Source of the DNA: Candidatus Bathyarchaeota archaeon
Lineage (GTDB): Archaea; Thermoproteota; Bathyarchaeia; Bathyarchaeales; Bathyarchaeaceae
Direction of reading: 5' to 3'
NCBI GenBank assembly: GCA_029882515.1
Contig: JAOUKN010000001.1
Location: 5,298 to 69,297, forward strand
Length of the DNA: 64,000 bases
Notes under the pieces: generated by a model
The model's database searches: none
What the model was told of the DNA's origin: nothing
What the model saw: only the letters and a program-made list of their open reading frames with translations
Program-made: the position numbers and the translations under genes
In this document: positions 27,371 through 37,227 of the stretch, one piece after another
Layout: every line of letters begins with the position of its first letter
Numbering within the stretch: the stretch's first letter is position 1

Positions 27371-27704
27371 ATTACGTCGACCACAGGTTCTTCTTTACGT
27401 ACCAATAATAGTGTTTTATGAAATGCAGATCACTATTCCGAATTCAGATGGTAGGCTCACGATATTCCAGCTATACCCACCGCCCGCGCGTGCCATCGGT
27501 ATCCAATTGCAGGGAAATACCCAATCGGATTAGGAAGACGGCGTTGTTCAAGCGTTCTCGGGTGGAGGTGAAACGTGTCGTTGTCCAGTTGAAGAGAACA
27601 CTAGGGCTGCAGTCATTGGCTTCGCACTGAATGGAAAGCCTAAGAAGGAAAAGTGTCGGATTTGTGGCGAGAAGGTAGACAGACTCAATTGGCTTGGGCA
27701 TGCT

Positions 27705-27905
27705 CTACTCATTTGTTTTGGTTCTTCGTTTTTCTTTCAGACTGCGAAGAAGGTGAGAAGCCTGTTGTGCAGTTTCTGCACGCCTGACTTTTTTTGTTTG
27801 GACCAAGACTAATCTTGCGTCACAGTAGGGGCATTGTTTAGTCTTCTGACTGTCCTTGGCCAGCAGGTACTGTCCACACCTATAGCAAATAATCACTGAA
27901 TACAT
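27705..27905 (-). CDS. DUF1922 zinc-ribbon protein (archaeal)
   Basis: CYRCGQYL....CPYCDARL is a C4 ribbon. It is followed by a basic tail, as in DUF1922. Confidence 0.75.
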   Translation of the reverse strand: MYSVIICYRCGQYLLAKDSQKTKQCPYCDARLVLVQTKKVRRAETAQQASHLLRSLKEKRRTKTNE

Positions 27906-28028
27906 TTCTTATCCTTGTATGTTTATTAGGCGAAAAGGCTTTCTCTTCCTTGATAAGGCTAAATGGTTACTTTCTTTTGCGATAAATCTTGAATTCATCT
28001 CTTTCTGTAACATATTCAAACCCTGCTT

Positions 28029-29183
28029 TCAACGCGCGCGAGATGACTTATCCTTCTGTTGGTTTTCGTGTTTCAAATCCCAAACATTATGCATTTTATC
28101 AGGTATTCCAAGAATCATCGATATCCAAATCAGGAGAAAGAGAGCACGGGTTCCGAATACTTCGGAGAGGAGTCGAGAAGAATCTGAGAAATCTGTTGTG
28201 TTGATAGTAAAGTTTGGATTTTCGTTTTGCCATAGAACGGTTCCTGAAGGGAGAGTTTGACCGTTATAGAAGAAGACAACCTCGTATGGATTTTCAAGCG
28301 GATTTTGATAATATTGCGCGGATACCCCATGATATAGGCATCCTCCCCACATCCAACTCCAATCAAGGTAGGAAATGTCGCCTTCTATGGACCAGGCGTT
28401 TTCAACAAGTTCCCACTCATTTTTATTGTATTTCAAAAGCCGAGGGTTCTTTAGATCTACGGACCAATAATTATTAGATATGCTTGTAGAACTTACGACT
28501 CCAAATTGGAAATATTGGACGTAGCGACTAAAGGGAAATGGTCCCACTATGCGATTGCCCACGTAGAACCATCTAAGGATAGCCTCACAACCTGGAAAAT
28601 CAGTTACACTGATGGGGGGAAGGGTAACATTGGATCCAGAGGCAGAAACTGAATAGTGAACACAGCCTTCTAAATCCAACCTTGCACACAAGGTAATAGG
28701 AGTTGCGGGGTCTATACCCAAGACCCGCCAAGTATAGGCATAAACCAATTGTTCCGTTGGCCTGTGCAGCGAAGCTTCCTCCCCTGTCTGGTGCATGCCA
28801 ACATCAAGAAAGAGATTGCCTGCTGCATCTAATACAAGCATTGTGTAGAATGCATAATCTACAAATTTTAGGTGGCTACCCTGACCTTGAACAAACATGC
28901 CACCTCCGAGCCAACTGCCAGATGGAAAATGGCTTGTGTTCGTTGAAGGAAAGCTAACGGTGATAGCTGTCGCGCGAGTTGCTCCTTTGAAAGTTTCAAG
29001 GTCCGGTGTATAGACATCGAAGCCAGCTACATAGGGCTGATTTGAATTTAATTCCATGATGTGATGGTTATCCGTGGGTATCAATTTGATGGTCTCAACG
29101 GCCTTTACATCAGAAGGGGCAATCAACAGAATGATCGCCAAAGAGATCACAAGTAGAACGAAACTGCTTATCTTCAAGAACAA
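28029..29183 (-). CDS. Secreted protein with a C-terminal anchor, 384 aa
   Basis: Signal peptide MFLKISSFVLLVISLAIILLIAPSDVKA. The final codons SRAR* are encoded by the CG tract. Confidence 0.6.
   Translation of the reverse strand: MFLKISSFVLLVISLAIILLIAPSDVKAVETIKLIPTDNHHIMELNSNQPYVAGFDVYTPDLETFKGATRATAITVSFPSTNTSHFPSGSWLGGGMFVQGQGSHLKFVDYAFYTMLVLDAAGNLFLDVGMHQTGEEASLHRPTEQLVYAYTWRVLGIDPATPITLCARLDLEGCVHYSVSASGSNVTLPPISVTDFPGCEAILRWFYVGNRIVGPFPFSRYVQYFQFGVVSSTSISNNYWSVDLKNPRLLKYNKNEWELVENAWSIEGDISYLDWSWMWGGCLYHGVSAQYYQNPLENPYEVVFFYNGQTLPSGTVLWQNENPNFTINTTDFSDSSRLLSEVFGTRALFLLIWISMILGIPDKMHNVWDLKHENQQKDKSSRAR
28032..28040. repeat. (CG)4 tract (aCGCGCGCG)
   Basis: Read directly. It overlaps the last 3 codons of 28029..29183(-). 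Confidence 0.9.
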
Positions 29184-29262
29184 CTCCTCATTCGGTTAAA
29201 TTCAATATGGACATAAAAGAACTTCGGAATTATTTATTAGTACGTTAGCACAAACTTCTCTC

Positions 29263-29799
29263 ATGACTTCTGAATGCCCAAAATGCAGTAGAACCATTCC
29301 AGATGATTCAGTTTATTGTTCATATTGTGGGCGTGGACTCCAACCTTCGGCCAGGTCAACTCAAGTCTCGGTTGGTGGTGCTTTAATGATTGTTGCAGCG
29401 ACGGGATCCTTGCTTTTTTTCGTTCTTTCTCTCCAGGCGCTAGCAAACATTTATGATTGGTATCCACTGCTAGTCGCCCAACGTTGGTTTATCTATGATC
29501 AGGTGCACGCTGTCCTCTCGTTCTCTGGATTGTTGTTTGGGTTCTCGGGAGCTATATTATCGTTGACTCGAAAAAGCTACAATTGGACCATGGCCTCCAC
29601 AGCACTCTGCACGCTTTCAGGCGGCGCCACGTGGATTCTATCCATGATTATACCGCACTCGGATGCACTACAATCCTTTTTGTACTATTTCCTGCCTCTT
29701 TTTGTGACGGCATTTGTTGGAACTGTACTAATCTCTTTTAGAAAGGCGGAATTCAACAACAAGCCAAAAAGGGCATCACAAGCAACTGAGGAAGAATAG
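29263..29799 (+). CDS. Zinc-ribbon membrane protein
   Basis: N-terminal CPKCSRTIPDDSVYCSYCG followed by 4 TM helices. Confidence 0.6.
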   Translation: MTSECPKCSRTIPDDSVYCSYCGRGLQPSARSTQVSVGGALMIVAATGSLLFFVLSLQALANIYDWYPLLVAQRWFIYDQVHAVLSFSGLLFGFSGAILSLTRKSYNWTMASTALCTLSGGATWILSMIIPHSDALQSFLYYFLPLFVTAFVGTVLISFRKAEFNNKPKRASQATEEE

Positions 29800-29829
29800 G
29801 GATTGTATACAAAAGCGAGTTCAGGAACA

Positions 29830-31125
29830 ATGCTGGCACTACTGTTGATAAGTTTACTAACGTCAGCGTTCAGCAGTCAACAAACTAGGTCAGAGGCTAC
29901 AACAACAATTGTTCCAGACGACTACACGAAGATACAATGGGTCATAGGTAATGCCACTGATGGAGACACCATTTTCATTAGGGCAGGGACATACTATGAA
30001 CACGTTATAATAAACAAGTCAATCTCACTTATCGGAGAGAACAAGTACAACACCATTATTGAAGGGAACGGAACTTTCAGTGCTGTTGTTCATGTCACTG
30101 CAGATAATGTCAACATCAGTGACTTCACCATACAAAACAGAAACAAAGGTGATGTAGGCATCTGGCTGGAACATTGCAGAAACTGTACAGTCAGCGGAAA
30201 CATCATAAAAGACATTGGAGCCTCCAACGGTGTAAGAGGCGTCGGAATTGCACTAGACTATTGTGAAGGTTGCACAGTTGAGAGGAATAATATCAATAAC
30301 AACAATAAAGGTGTGGTGTTAGCCTTTTCTTATGGTTGCATCGTCCACCGAAACAATGTGGACAACAATAACAAGTTTACTGGGATCGACATTCACTCAT
30401 GCAGTGAATGCATAGTCACGAGAAACATCTTGAGTAATAATGAAAATCGTGGTGTCGGAATGTACGACTCGAGTCATTGCACTCTTGGGGATAATAACAT
30501 ATCTGGTAGCAGCAAAAACTTCGGGGTGTATGGTTCCGGACTTCCTCACTTTGTACATGATATCGACGTTTCAAATACAATAAATGGTAAGCCTATAGTC
30601 TATCTGTTAAACGAAGACGATCTCACAATCAGCTCAACAACACATCCAGAAATAGGATACCTCGCAGTCGTGAATTCAACTAACATCACCGTTGAAAATT
30701 TGACCTTAAAACATAATGGAGAGGGAGTTCTGTTTGCACACACAAATGACTCTATCATAAAAAAGATAAGCACCTTCCACAACGGCTATGGTATCTATCT
30801 GGTGAATTGCGACAACAGCGCAGTCAACGAAAATACTGCAACCAACAACATTTATGGAATCCGCCTCTGGAATTCTTCTAATTGCATGGTAACCGAAAAC
30901 ACAGCGACAAACAACAATGTGGGAATCATACTTAATTTTTGCCGAAACTCTACAGTCAGCGGAAATAAAGAGCGAACAGTTTTGTTCTGGATGGAATGGT
31001 GGTTTTGGTCGATCACAGTACCAGGAATCGTAATGTTGGCCGTAGCATTCTATTTCTTTGTCCGTGCTTGGAGGAGGAAAAATTCCATCTGTTCAGTTAG
31101 GGGAACCAATAAACCGCATCCTTAA
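29830..31125 (+). CDS. Right-handed parallel beta-helix repeat protein (NosD/pectate-lyase-like), secreted with a C-terminal anchor
   Basis: Signal peptide MLALLLISLLTSAFS. Reiterated N.I..N..GI.L..S..C.V..N units. The track ORF starts at TTG 29803. Confidence 0.75.
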   Translation: MLALLLISLLTSAFSSQQTRSEATTTIVPDDYTKIQWVIGNATDGDTIFIRAGTYYEHVIINKSISLIGENKYNTIIEGNGTFSAVVHVTADNVNISDFTIQNRNKGDVGIWLEHCRNCTVSGNIIKDIGASNGVRGVGIALDYCEGCTVERNNINNNNKGVVLAFSYGCIVHRNNVDNNNKFTGIDIHSCSECIVTRNILSNNENRGVGMYDSSHCTLGDNNISGSSKNFGVYGSGLPHFVHDIDVSNTINGKPIVYLLNEDDLTISSTTHPEIGYLAVVNSTNITVENLTLKHNGEGVLFAHTNDSIIKKISTFHNGYGIYLVNCDNSAVNENTATNNIYGIRLWNSSNCMVTENTATNNNVGIILNFCRNSTVSGNKERTVLFWMEWWFWSITVPGIVMLAVAFYFFVRAWRRKNSICSVRGTNKPHP

Positions 31126-31140
31126 ATAATCTATTTTTGT

Positions 31141-31590
31141 GTGTGTGCAAAACAGAAAAAGGAATTTTGCGAGAGACATCTCCGTCTCTCACATTTATTA
31201 GGCGAAAAGCTTTTCCTTACTACGAGATTAACTGCTGAAGAGGATGAATACTTGCGAGACGCCTCTCTGATCGACCTTGCAGTCGTCTATTTCCGGCAAA
31301 GAGGCTACAAAATACAGAAAGACACGTTCTTTGAAGGCTTCTCGGGACTTCCACGCAGTTTTGATCTACTTATTCGTAAAGGGAAGGAGCAGCACCTGGT
31401 TTGGATCAGAAATTGGAAACGAACCGTGGGCGTCAACATGGTCATCAGCATGGATAGGGCATGTGACGATGTGGACATCCCTAACCCCATCATGATCTCT
31501 GACAAATTTAGCGGTCACGCCAAAGCATATGCTAATCGCCGCGGTGTTACTTTGCTCACAAAACGTCAAATCGCCCGAGGAGTACGATAG
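31141..31590 (+). CDS. Restriction-endonuclease-fold (Mrr_cat-like) protein
   Basis: SFDLLI...HLVWIRNWKRTVGVNMV resembles the D..(E/Q)xK core of Mrr-type nucleases. Weak call. Confidence 0.4.
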   Translation: MCAKQKKEFCERHLRLSHLLGEKLFLTTRLTAEEDEYLRDASLIDLAVVYFRQRGYKIQKDTFFEGFSGLPRSFDLLIRKGKEQHLVWIRNWKRTVGVNMVISMDRACDDVDIPNPIMISDKFSGHAKAYANRRGVTLLTKRQIARGVR

Positions 31591-31652
31591 GTGAATGCAT
31601 GCACTCTTTTGATTCGACTAAAAATACGACATCATCTTCATAGATAACTGCA

Positions 31653-32300
31653 TCAACCTTTATGTGTGCCCAACATCCGTCTTAAACCTGCACGGAATTC
31701 CCACGCGCCAATAGCGCTTCCTATGAGAGTAAGAGCGTACGCCCCAAAAATGGAGAACCCAAGTAACATATTCATTAGGACGCTCCTGTGAATTGAAAGG
31801 AAGAGTGGGACATTGTTACTGAGGATCGAAAGAGGAAATGTAAGTCTACTTATTAAGAGTAGTGGGATGCCTACAAGCGTCAAATAGTGCCATCCTCTAG
31901 ACCTAGCCGTGAGTCCTATCAACATCAGCGAAATACCTATGAGAACAAGACATGATCCTAACCAAAGGATGTTGAAGTAATATGCCCCGGTAAGAAGTGA
32001 ACGAAACCCAGGTGGATGAAACAGGAACCCTAAGGCCCCCAGAAACCCTCCTACAAACCCTATTGAGCACAGCTCGTTGGAACGCTTGACAGAGGATACT
32101 AGACCAAGGAGACCGCCAATGGTTGAGATAAGCATTCCAAACGTGAAACCATGAATCTGAAATGAGAAATCCCCAAAACCGATCACAGGGGGTCCCATGC
32201 CTAGAGGAGGAAAGTAAACCGTTATGTAAGCCAAACCTCGAACGAACGCACTGAACAAACCGAAAATCACCGTCATGATCCCACCAAGAAACACAAACAA
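31653..32300 (-). CDS. Polytopic membrane protein, 215 aa
   Basis: Track ORF with 6-7 TM helices. Confidence 0.55.
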   Translation of the reverse strand: MFVFLGGIMTVIFGLFSAFVRGLAYITVYFPPLGMGPPVIGFGDFSFQIHGFTFGMLISTIGGLLGLVSSVKRSNELCSIGFVGGFLGALGFLFHPPGFRSLLTGAYYFNILWLGSCLVLIGISLMLIGLTARSRGWHYLTLVGIPLLLISRLTFPLSILSNNVPLFLSIHRSVLMNMLLGFSIFGAYALTLIGSAIGAWEFRAGLRRMLGTHKG

Positions 32301-32628
32301 TCGGAAATACGAAATCCTAGAACACCCTCCTCAAATTGTAATTGTATACGTATTTTTCTTAAGAATGTTTCGAATACCATGCGTGTCCATAATGTCAAAA
32401 CATCATGAACTGCGCTTCACTGGAAATCCGTATCATTCATGGCAACAGTCGTCACTGTTCTATTACATCTTTTCTGAACCAACTACAAAAGAGAAATAAG
32501 CCCCATTTCCTGAGACTAAATTTCCGCCGAGAACAGACACCCTGAAAAAACTTACCCCTACCACTGCACCGATGCAACCGTCATCACCTACCCACTACAA
32601 AAACGAGTGCACTTGCTGCTCTTTTCGA

Positions 32629-32637
32629 GCGCGCACA
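32629..32637. repeat. Alternating run GCGCGCaca
   Basis: Read directly, in an intergenic region. Confidence 0.85.
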
Positions 32638-32740
32638 AGTTCAAACCAACAATTCGTATATCGCATCCACATCAAAGCATTACTCTGACCGTTTCCTAAA
32701 TCCTTGTTATGCTCTCATTTTTCCGTGAGTTCGATTCCTT

Positions 32741-32813
32741 CCAAATTGAATAGTTTCTTTGGAGAATATTCATGCCGTAGGAGTACCCCTTTTTAGAATT
32801 CGCTTCCTCAAGA
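32741..32813 (+). promoter_or_regulatory. 73-bp intergenic element, copy B
   Basis: 66/73 identical to the reverse complement of 13684-13756. It ends 44 nt upstream of ATG 32858. Confidence 0.7.
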
Positions 32814-32857
32814 GTCCTGTTGATGAACGTAGGTTGCGACAGCTATAAATTGACTGA

Positions 32858-35317
32858 ATGCCCATCTGGGTGTTTCATGCTTATAGAAATAAATTCCATA
32901 AACGTTTAAGATGCACGCATACCTTCAAAAATATAGTCAAAGCACCTGAGAGAGAATCGGACTTGAGAACCGCCTCACTATGTGGACTAGTCTTTCTCAT
33001 CATACTAGCATTCAGTATGATGCCGATCGTCAAATGTCCTCCCGCTACAAGCATCTACTTAGAGCCCTCACACTACACCTTCGATTCAAGCGTCGTCTCA
33101 ATCGGCCACAAATTCAACATAACGGTGAAAGCCGACGAAGTTGCAGATCTTGTCGCTTGGGAGGTGAGAATGTACTTCAACGATAGCATCATAAACGTAA
33201 CCCGCTGGTTCGAACCAACATGGGACTCCGAGTACGTATTCTATAACGCAACAACATTTGGCGCACCCATCCAACCAGACTGCGCGTATTACCATGTAGG
33301 TCCCGATAACGGATCCCTCCAAGTTGCCGCGATTCTACTTCCTCTGCCCCCAGTCCAATCCTCCTTCAGCGGGAGCGGGATGCTATGCATACTGGAGTTC
33401 ACAATAACCGCGGTTCCTTCCGAAGAGGAGACCCTGTCCTGCCTGTTAAACATCAACAACCCAGACACTTTTCTCCTCTTCTCGAATGGCAGCATCGTAC
33501 CCAACGTTACCGAAGAAAACGGATACTATGCGTTACATCCCCCTGCGCCTCCGAATATGTATACGCTTACAATCACGGCAACTTCTGGAGGAACCACAGA
33601 TCCATTGCCTGGTGAATCTAGCTACTTGGATGGAACGCAAGTTCAAGTCTCAGCGATTCCTGATGCCAACAACCTATTTGACCATTGGGAATTAGACGGA
33701 GGAAATGCCGGCACCACTAACCCAATTGAAGTTACGATGGATTCAAATCACACCCTACATGCAAGTTTCACCCTACTCACATACGATTTAACATTGTCGG
33801 CTACTGCAGGTGGAACAACAGACCCCACACCAGGAACCTATACCCATACTAATGGAACTGTGGAGTCCGTCACTGCCACGCCTAATATCAACCACAAATT
33901 TGAATATTGGGTTCTAGATGCTGCCAACGCGGGTTCTGATAATCCAATCGACATTCTGATGGATTCCGACCATGATTTGCAGGCTGTCTTCACTGAACTT
34001 TCGTACCAGTTGACGATTGCAGTGTCTACTGATGGCACTACTGATCCCGAACCCGGCAACTACACCTACGTGAACGGAACAGTCGTCTCCGTGACGGCAA
34101 TTCCTGATGCAAACTATGTTTTCGATCACTGGGAGCTCGACGAAACTAACATAGGCACAAACAATCCAACTGACGTTCTCATGGACGCGAATCACACGCT
34201 GTTAGCAGTTTTCACTTCATACACATACACCCTTACAATTACCGCCACCGCCGGAGGATCCACGGATCCAACTCTAGGATCTTATAACTACTCTGCTGGA
34301 TCTTCTGCAACTGTAGTTGCAAATCCAAATTCAAATTACTTGTTTGATTACTGGCTACTCGATGAAGAAGAAACAAATGAGAATCCAATAACCGTTCAAA
34401 TGGACGCAAATCACACTTTACATGCCGTTTTCACACTCTTAACTTACGAATTAACAATCACCGTTACACAAGGTGGGACAACCAATCCCTCCCCAGGAAC
34501 CTATACATACACTAACGGAACAACAGTGTCAGTGACATCAATTTCCTTCACAGGGTACGAATTTGTCTACTGGGAGCTCGATGGAATAAATGTCGGATCC
34601 GACAATCCATACGAAATACTTGTCGATAGCAACAGTTCGTTGCATGCTGTTTTTGACCCGACACGCTACTACTTAACGATTAACGCTGTTGAACGGCCAT
34701 CAGGAACCACCGATCCTTCTGCAGGAACCTATGAACATTTTGCCGACACCTCATTGAGTGTAATTGCTTCTCCTGATTCTGGCTTCTCCTTTGATTATTG
34801 GTTACTCGATGGTGAAAAAAGAAGCGAAAACCCCATTGCCATAGTCATGGATATGAATCATACGCTGACACCTTGCTTCGTCGACGACATCCCGCCAGAA
34901 ATAGGCAATCCGCTACAGAGACCGCCCAATGATGTTATGACATATCAAAATGTAACCGTTACAGCTAACGTTACAGATCTTGGCACGGGGATACACAACG
35001 TAACTCTATGGTATAGCATCAACGGCGGAACAACTTGGACACCTTTAGACATGAGTGAAATCTCTGCGAACACGTACGAAGCAACAATTCCTGGATGTGG
35101 AAACTGTACTTGGGTGAGTTACAGAATTACCGCTTATGACAACAACGGGAACTCGGCGGCAAAAGGCGATTATGGATATTACTGCCTGCGTGAACATGCC
35201 TATGCAGCCAGATCAAACAGATCGATTGTATTTCTCGTTGGAGCATTGGTAATAATTTTTGCGGGTGCTTTTCTGATCTTCTTAAACGCAACGCGTGTGC
35301 TTATAGATGAAAATTGA
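32858..35317 (+). CDS. Large surface protein: cohesin-like N-domain, 6 InlB-B-type repeats, C-terminal domain and TM anchor
   Basis: Repeats of the form Y.LTI.ATAGGTTDP.PG.Y.Y..GT.V.V.A.P...Y.F..W.LDG......NP..V.MD.NH.L.A.F. A likelier start is TTG 32963 (MRTASLCGLVFLIILAFS signal), preceded by AAAATATA. Confidence 0.8.
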   Translation: MPIWVFHAYRNKFHKRLRCTHTFKNIVKAPERESDLRTASLCGLVFLIILAFSMMPIVKCPPATSIYLEPSHYTFDSSVVSIGHKFNITVKADEVADLVAWEVRMYFNDSIINVTRWFEPTWDSEYVFYNATTFGAPIQPDCAYYHVGPDNGSLQVAAILLPLPPVQSSFSGSGMLCILEFTITAVPSEEETLSCLLNINNPDTFLLFSNGSIVPNVTEENGYYALHPPAPPNMYTLTITATSGGTTDPLPGESSYLDGTQVQVSAIPDANNLFDHWELDGGNAGTTNPIEVTMDSNHTLHASFTLLTYDLTLSATAGGTTDPTPGTYTHTNGTVESVTATPNINHKFEYWVLDAANAGSDNPIDILMDSDHDLQAVFTELSYQLTIAVSTDGTTDPEPGNYTYVNGTVVSVTAIPDANYVFDHWELDETNIGTNNPTDVLMDANHTLLAVFTSYTYTLTITATAGGSTDPTLGSYNYSAGSSATVVANPNSNYLFDYWLLDEEETNENPITVQMDANHTLHAVFTLLTYELTITVTQGGTTNPSPGTYTYTNGTTVSVTSISFTGYEFVYWELDGINVGSDNPYEILVDSNSSLHAVFDPTRYYLTINAVERPSGTTDPSAGTYEHFADTSLSVIASPDSGFSFDYWLLDGEKRSENPIAIVMDMNHTLTPCFVDDIPPEIGNPLQRPPNDVMTYQNVTVTANVTDLGTGIHNVTLWYSINGGTTWTPLDMSEISANTYEATIPGCGNCTWVSYRITAYDNNGNSAAKGDYGYYCLREHAYAARSNRSIVFLVGALVIIFAGAFLIFLNATRVLIDEN
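33557..34888 (+). repeat. Six tandem ~222-nt coding repeats (divergent InlB B-repeat domain)
   Basis: Protein-level periodicity of about 74 aa, read from the translation. Confidence 0.85.
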
Positions 35318-35321
35318 AGTG

Positions 35322-35912
35322 TTATATTCTCAAAAATTCGTGCAGTCGGTTTTCCACTTCCAATTTTCCTAACCAGTCAACTATCCCTACTCGACACTGC
35401 TCTTTCCCATGCAGAATCGAAATCATCTGTTTCACAGTGTCCTCAACGTTTCTGCTGCTGATATCAATCTCACAAACCTTCTCCGAACCACACGCTGATA
35501 TAGCATCCCATAAACAAACATCCAATATTTCTGCGGCAAGGTTCTCCCAAAGTTTCTCTTTTCGAAAACCACGACTCTCCAAGATTTTCTTCAGTTCCTC
35601 AGGGGTCCGCCTCAGAACAAAGACCGCGTGAACATTGTTTGGTGAAACAACATCCATCGCATAGTGACCATCAATTACAACGTAACGTTCAGAACTTTCC
35701 AGTATTTGGCTCACTCTTTGTGCGATTTTTCCAATGTCGGCAATCAATGTGTCTCTCGCTTTGTCTGCACTGAGTATTAGGTTTTCTTTCCTAGCGAGTT
35801 CTGCCAGATTGATGTACAGAGCATCTATTTTAGAAGTTAGTAGTTTAGACACAACAGTCTTTCCTACCCCTGGTGTTCCTACAACTAAGACCGCATGTTT
35901 CGACAGCCAACG
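35322..35912 (-). CDS. Fap7/adenylate-kinase-like P-loop NTPase; 5' end unresolved
   Basis: Hand translation upstream of track start 35852 gives ..AVLVVGTPGVGKTVVSKLL.. (Walker A). The frame is open back to stop 35913-35915 with no ATG, GTG or TTG. Confidence 0.7.
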   Translation of the reverse strand, partial: RWLSKHAVLVVGTPGVGKTVVSKLLTSKIDALYINLAELARKENLILSADKARDTLIADIGKIAQRVSQILESSERYVVIDGHYAMDVVSPNNVHAVFVLRRTPEELKKILESRGFRKEKLWENLAAEILDVCLWDAISACGSEKVCEIDISSRNVEDTVKQMISILHGKEQCRVGIVDWLGKLEVENRLHEFLRI

Positions 35913-36082
35913 TCACCTAACCATAGAAATTGGTCTTTTCAAATATAACACTACACATCTCCACTTCACGGTGGAACCAAATCTACGGTCAACATCACAA
36001 GCCGGGCATAATGAAAGAACGATTCATAAAACCCAAGCAGTCTTATAGTTATTCCTAGTAAAGCACCATTAGGGGAAATGAC

Positions 36083-37102
36083 GTGCCGAACGAGATTCGG
36101 AAAGATTACCTTTTAGATCGTTGGGTAATAATTGCAGGTGAAAGGGCTAAACGACCCACAGATTTCCGAGCTAAAACTTCTGCTGAAGAGACCGAAACTA
36201 AAACGAAAAATTGTCCTTTCTGCCCCGGAAATGAGAAGATGACTCCTCCGGCTGTTCTTCTCTATCTACCTAACAATAACGGTATAAGGAAAGATACAGA
36301 TCACAACGGTGAACGAAGAAAAGACTGGCTTGTCAGGTGCATTCCAAACCTTTATCCCGCCCTTACTTCTCGAAGACCGGTTGCCCTAACCAGCAATGAA
36401 ACGTTCAAAAGAATCGATGGTGTAGGAGTTCATGAGGTCATAATCGAGTCACCTCGACACACTGAACATCCGGATAAGGCTCCACTCGAGCAGGTTGAAT
36501 TAGTGATACAAGCCTACGTAGACAGACTGAAGAGCCTTTCCCGATGGAACTATGTTTCCATTTTTAGAAATCACAGAAAAGAAGCAGGCGCATCTCTTTC
36601 TCATGCACACAGTCAGATAATAGCCACTCCCATGATTCCCAAAACAATCTCGGATAAACTCATTGCTGTAAAGGCGAAGTATCAACGAACGGGCGTATGT
36701 CCCTATTGCAAGATAATCGAGTCGGAGCGAAACGGGCCCCGTTACATATTTGCAAACGAAAGCTTTATTGCGTTTACACCTTGGGCCAGTGTCTATCCTT
36801 TCGAGTTTTGGCTTTTCCCAACGAGACATCAGCAAACTTTACTGCACCTGCAAAATGGCGAGAAAAAAGATTTAGCGAACGCACTAAGAACGTGTCTCAA
36901 CAGTCTCGCAAAAATCCTTAATGATCCCCCGTACTGTTATGGTTTCCACATTGCACCCACTGGAGAAGACTATGAGTATTTCCATTGGCATCTTGAAGTA
37001 TATCCTAAGCTCACTATTCAGGCAGGATTCGAGATCAGCACTGGCATGTTCATCAATGTCACCCCTCCAGAAATAGCCGCTGAAAACTTGAGAAAAACCT
37101 AA
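36083..37102 (+). CDS. galT: Galactose-1-phosphate uridylyltransferase-family (HIT-type) nucleotidyltransferase
   Basis: CPFCPGNE zinc motif and the SHAHSQII (HxHxQ) active site. GTG start. Confidence 0.85.
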   Translation: MPNEIRKDYLLDRWVIIAGERAKRPTDFRAKTSAEETETKTKNCPFCPGNEKMTPPAVLLYLPNNNGIRKDTDHNGERRKDWLVRCIPNLYPALTSRRPVALTSNETFKRIDGVGVHEVIIESPRHTEHPDKAPLEQVELVIQAYVDRLKSLSRWNYVSIFRNHRKEAGASLSHAHSQIIATPMIPKTISDKLIAVKAKYQRTGVCPYCKIIESERNGPRYIFANESFIAFTPWASVYPFEFWLFPTRHQQTLLHLQNGEKKDLANALRTCLNSLAKILNDPPYCYGFHIAPTGEDYEYFHWHLEVYPKLTIQAGFEISTGMFINVTPPEIAAENLRKT

Positions 37103-37227
37103 TCAAACAAACCTTCATAAGCAAAGATGCAGACGGAGAGAGGCATGTCAAATGCACACATGAAAAGCATGCGATACATGCACAATATGTTTATATTCAC
37201 AAATTCCCAGTTTTCAATTGAGATCAG

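Noticed and set aside
27371-27704. RNase P RNA (ACAGAC..GGCUUGG resembles CR-V) or SRP RNA.
   Set aside because: The universal GAGGAAAGUCC (CR-I) is absent, the motif order is wrong, and there is no SRP helix-8 GNAR/AGCA pattern. It is kept only as an unclassified ncRNA candidate.
29797-29805. In-frame TAG separates the zinc-ribbon membrane protein (29263..29799) from the beta-helix protein (same frame). This could be pyrrolysine or stop read-through.
   Set aside because: The downstream protein has its own ATG (29830) and a complete signal peptide. The upstream protein ends in a hydrophilic tail. No Pyl machinery or other in-frame TAGs are visible in the window.
33557-34888. Tandem DNA repeat, CRISPR-like or satellite array.
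   Set aside because: The periodicity is at the protein-domain level (74-aa InlB-B repeats) with diverged nucleotides. There is no spacer-repeat architecture.
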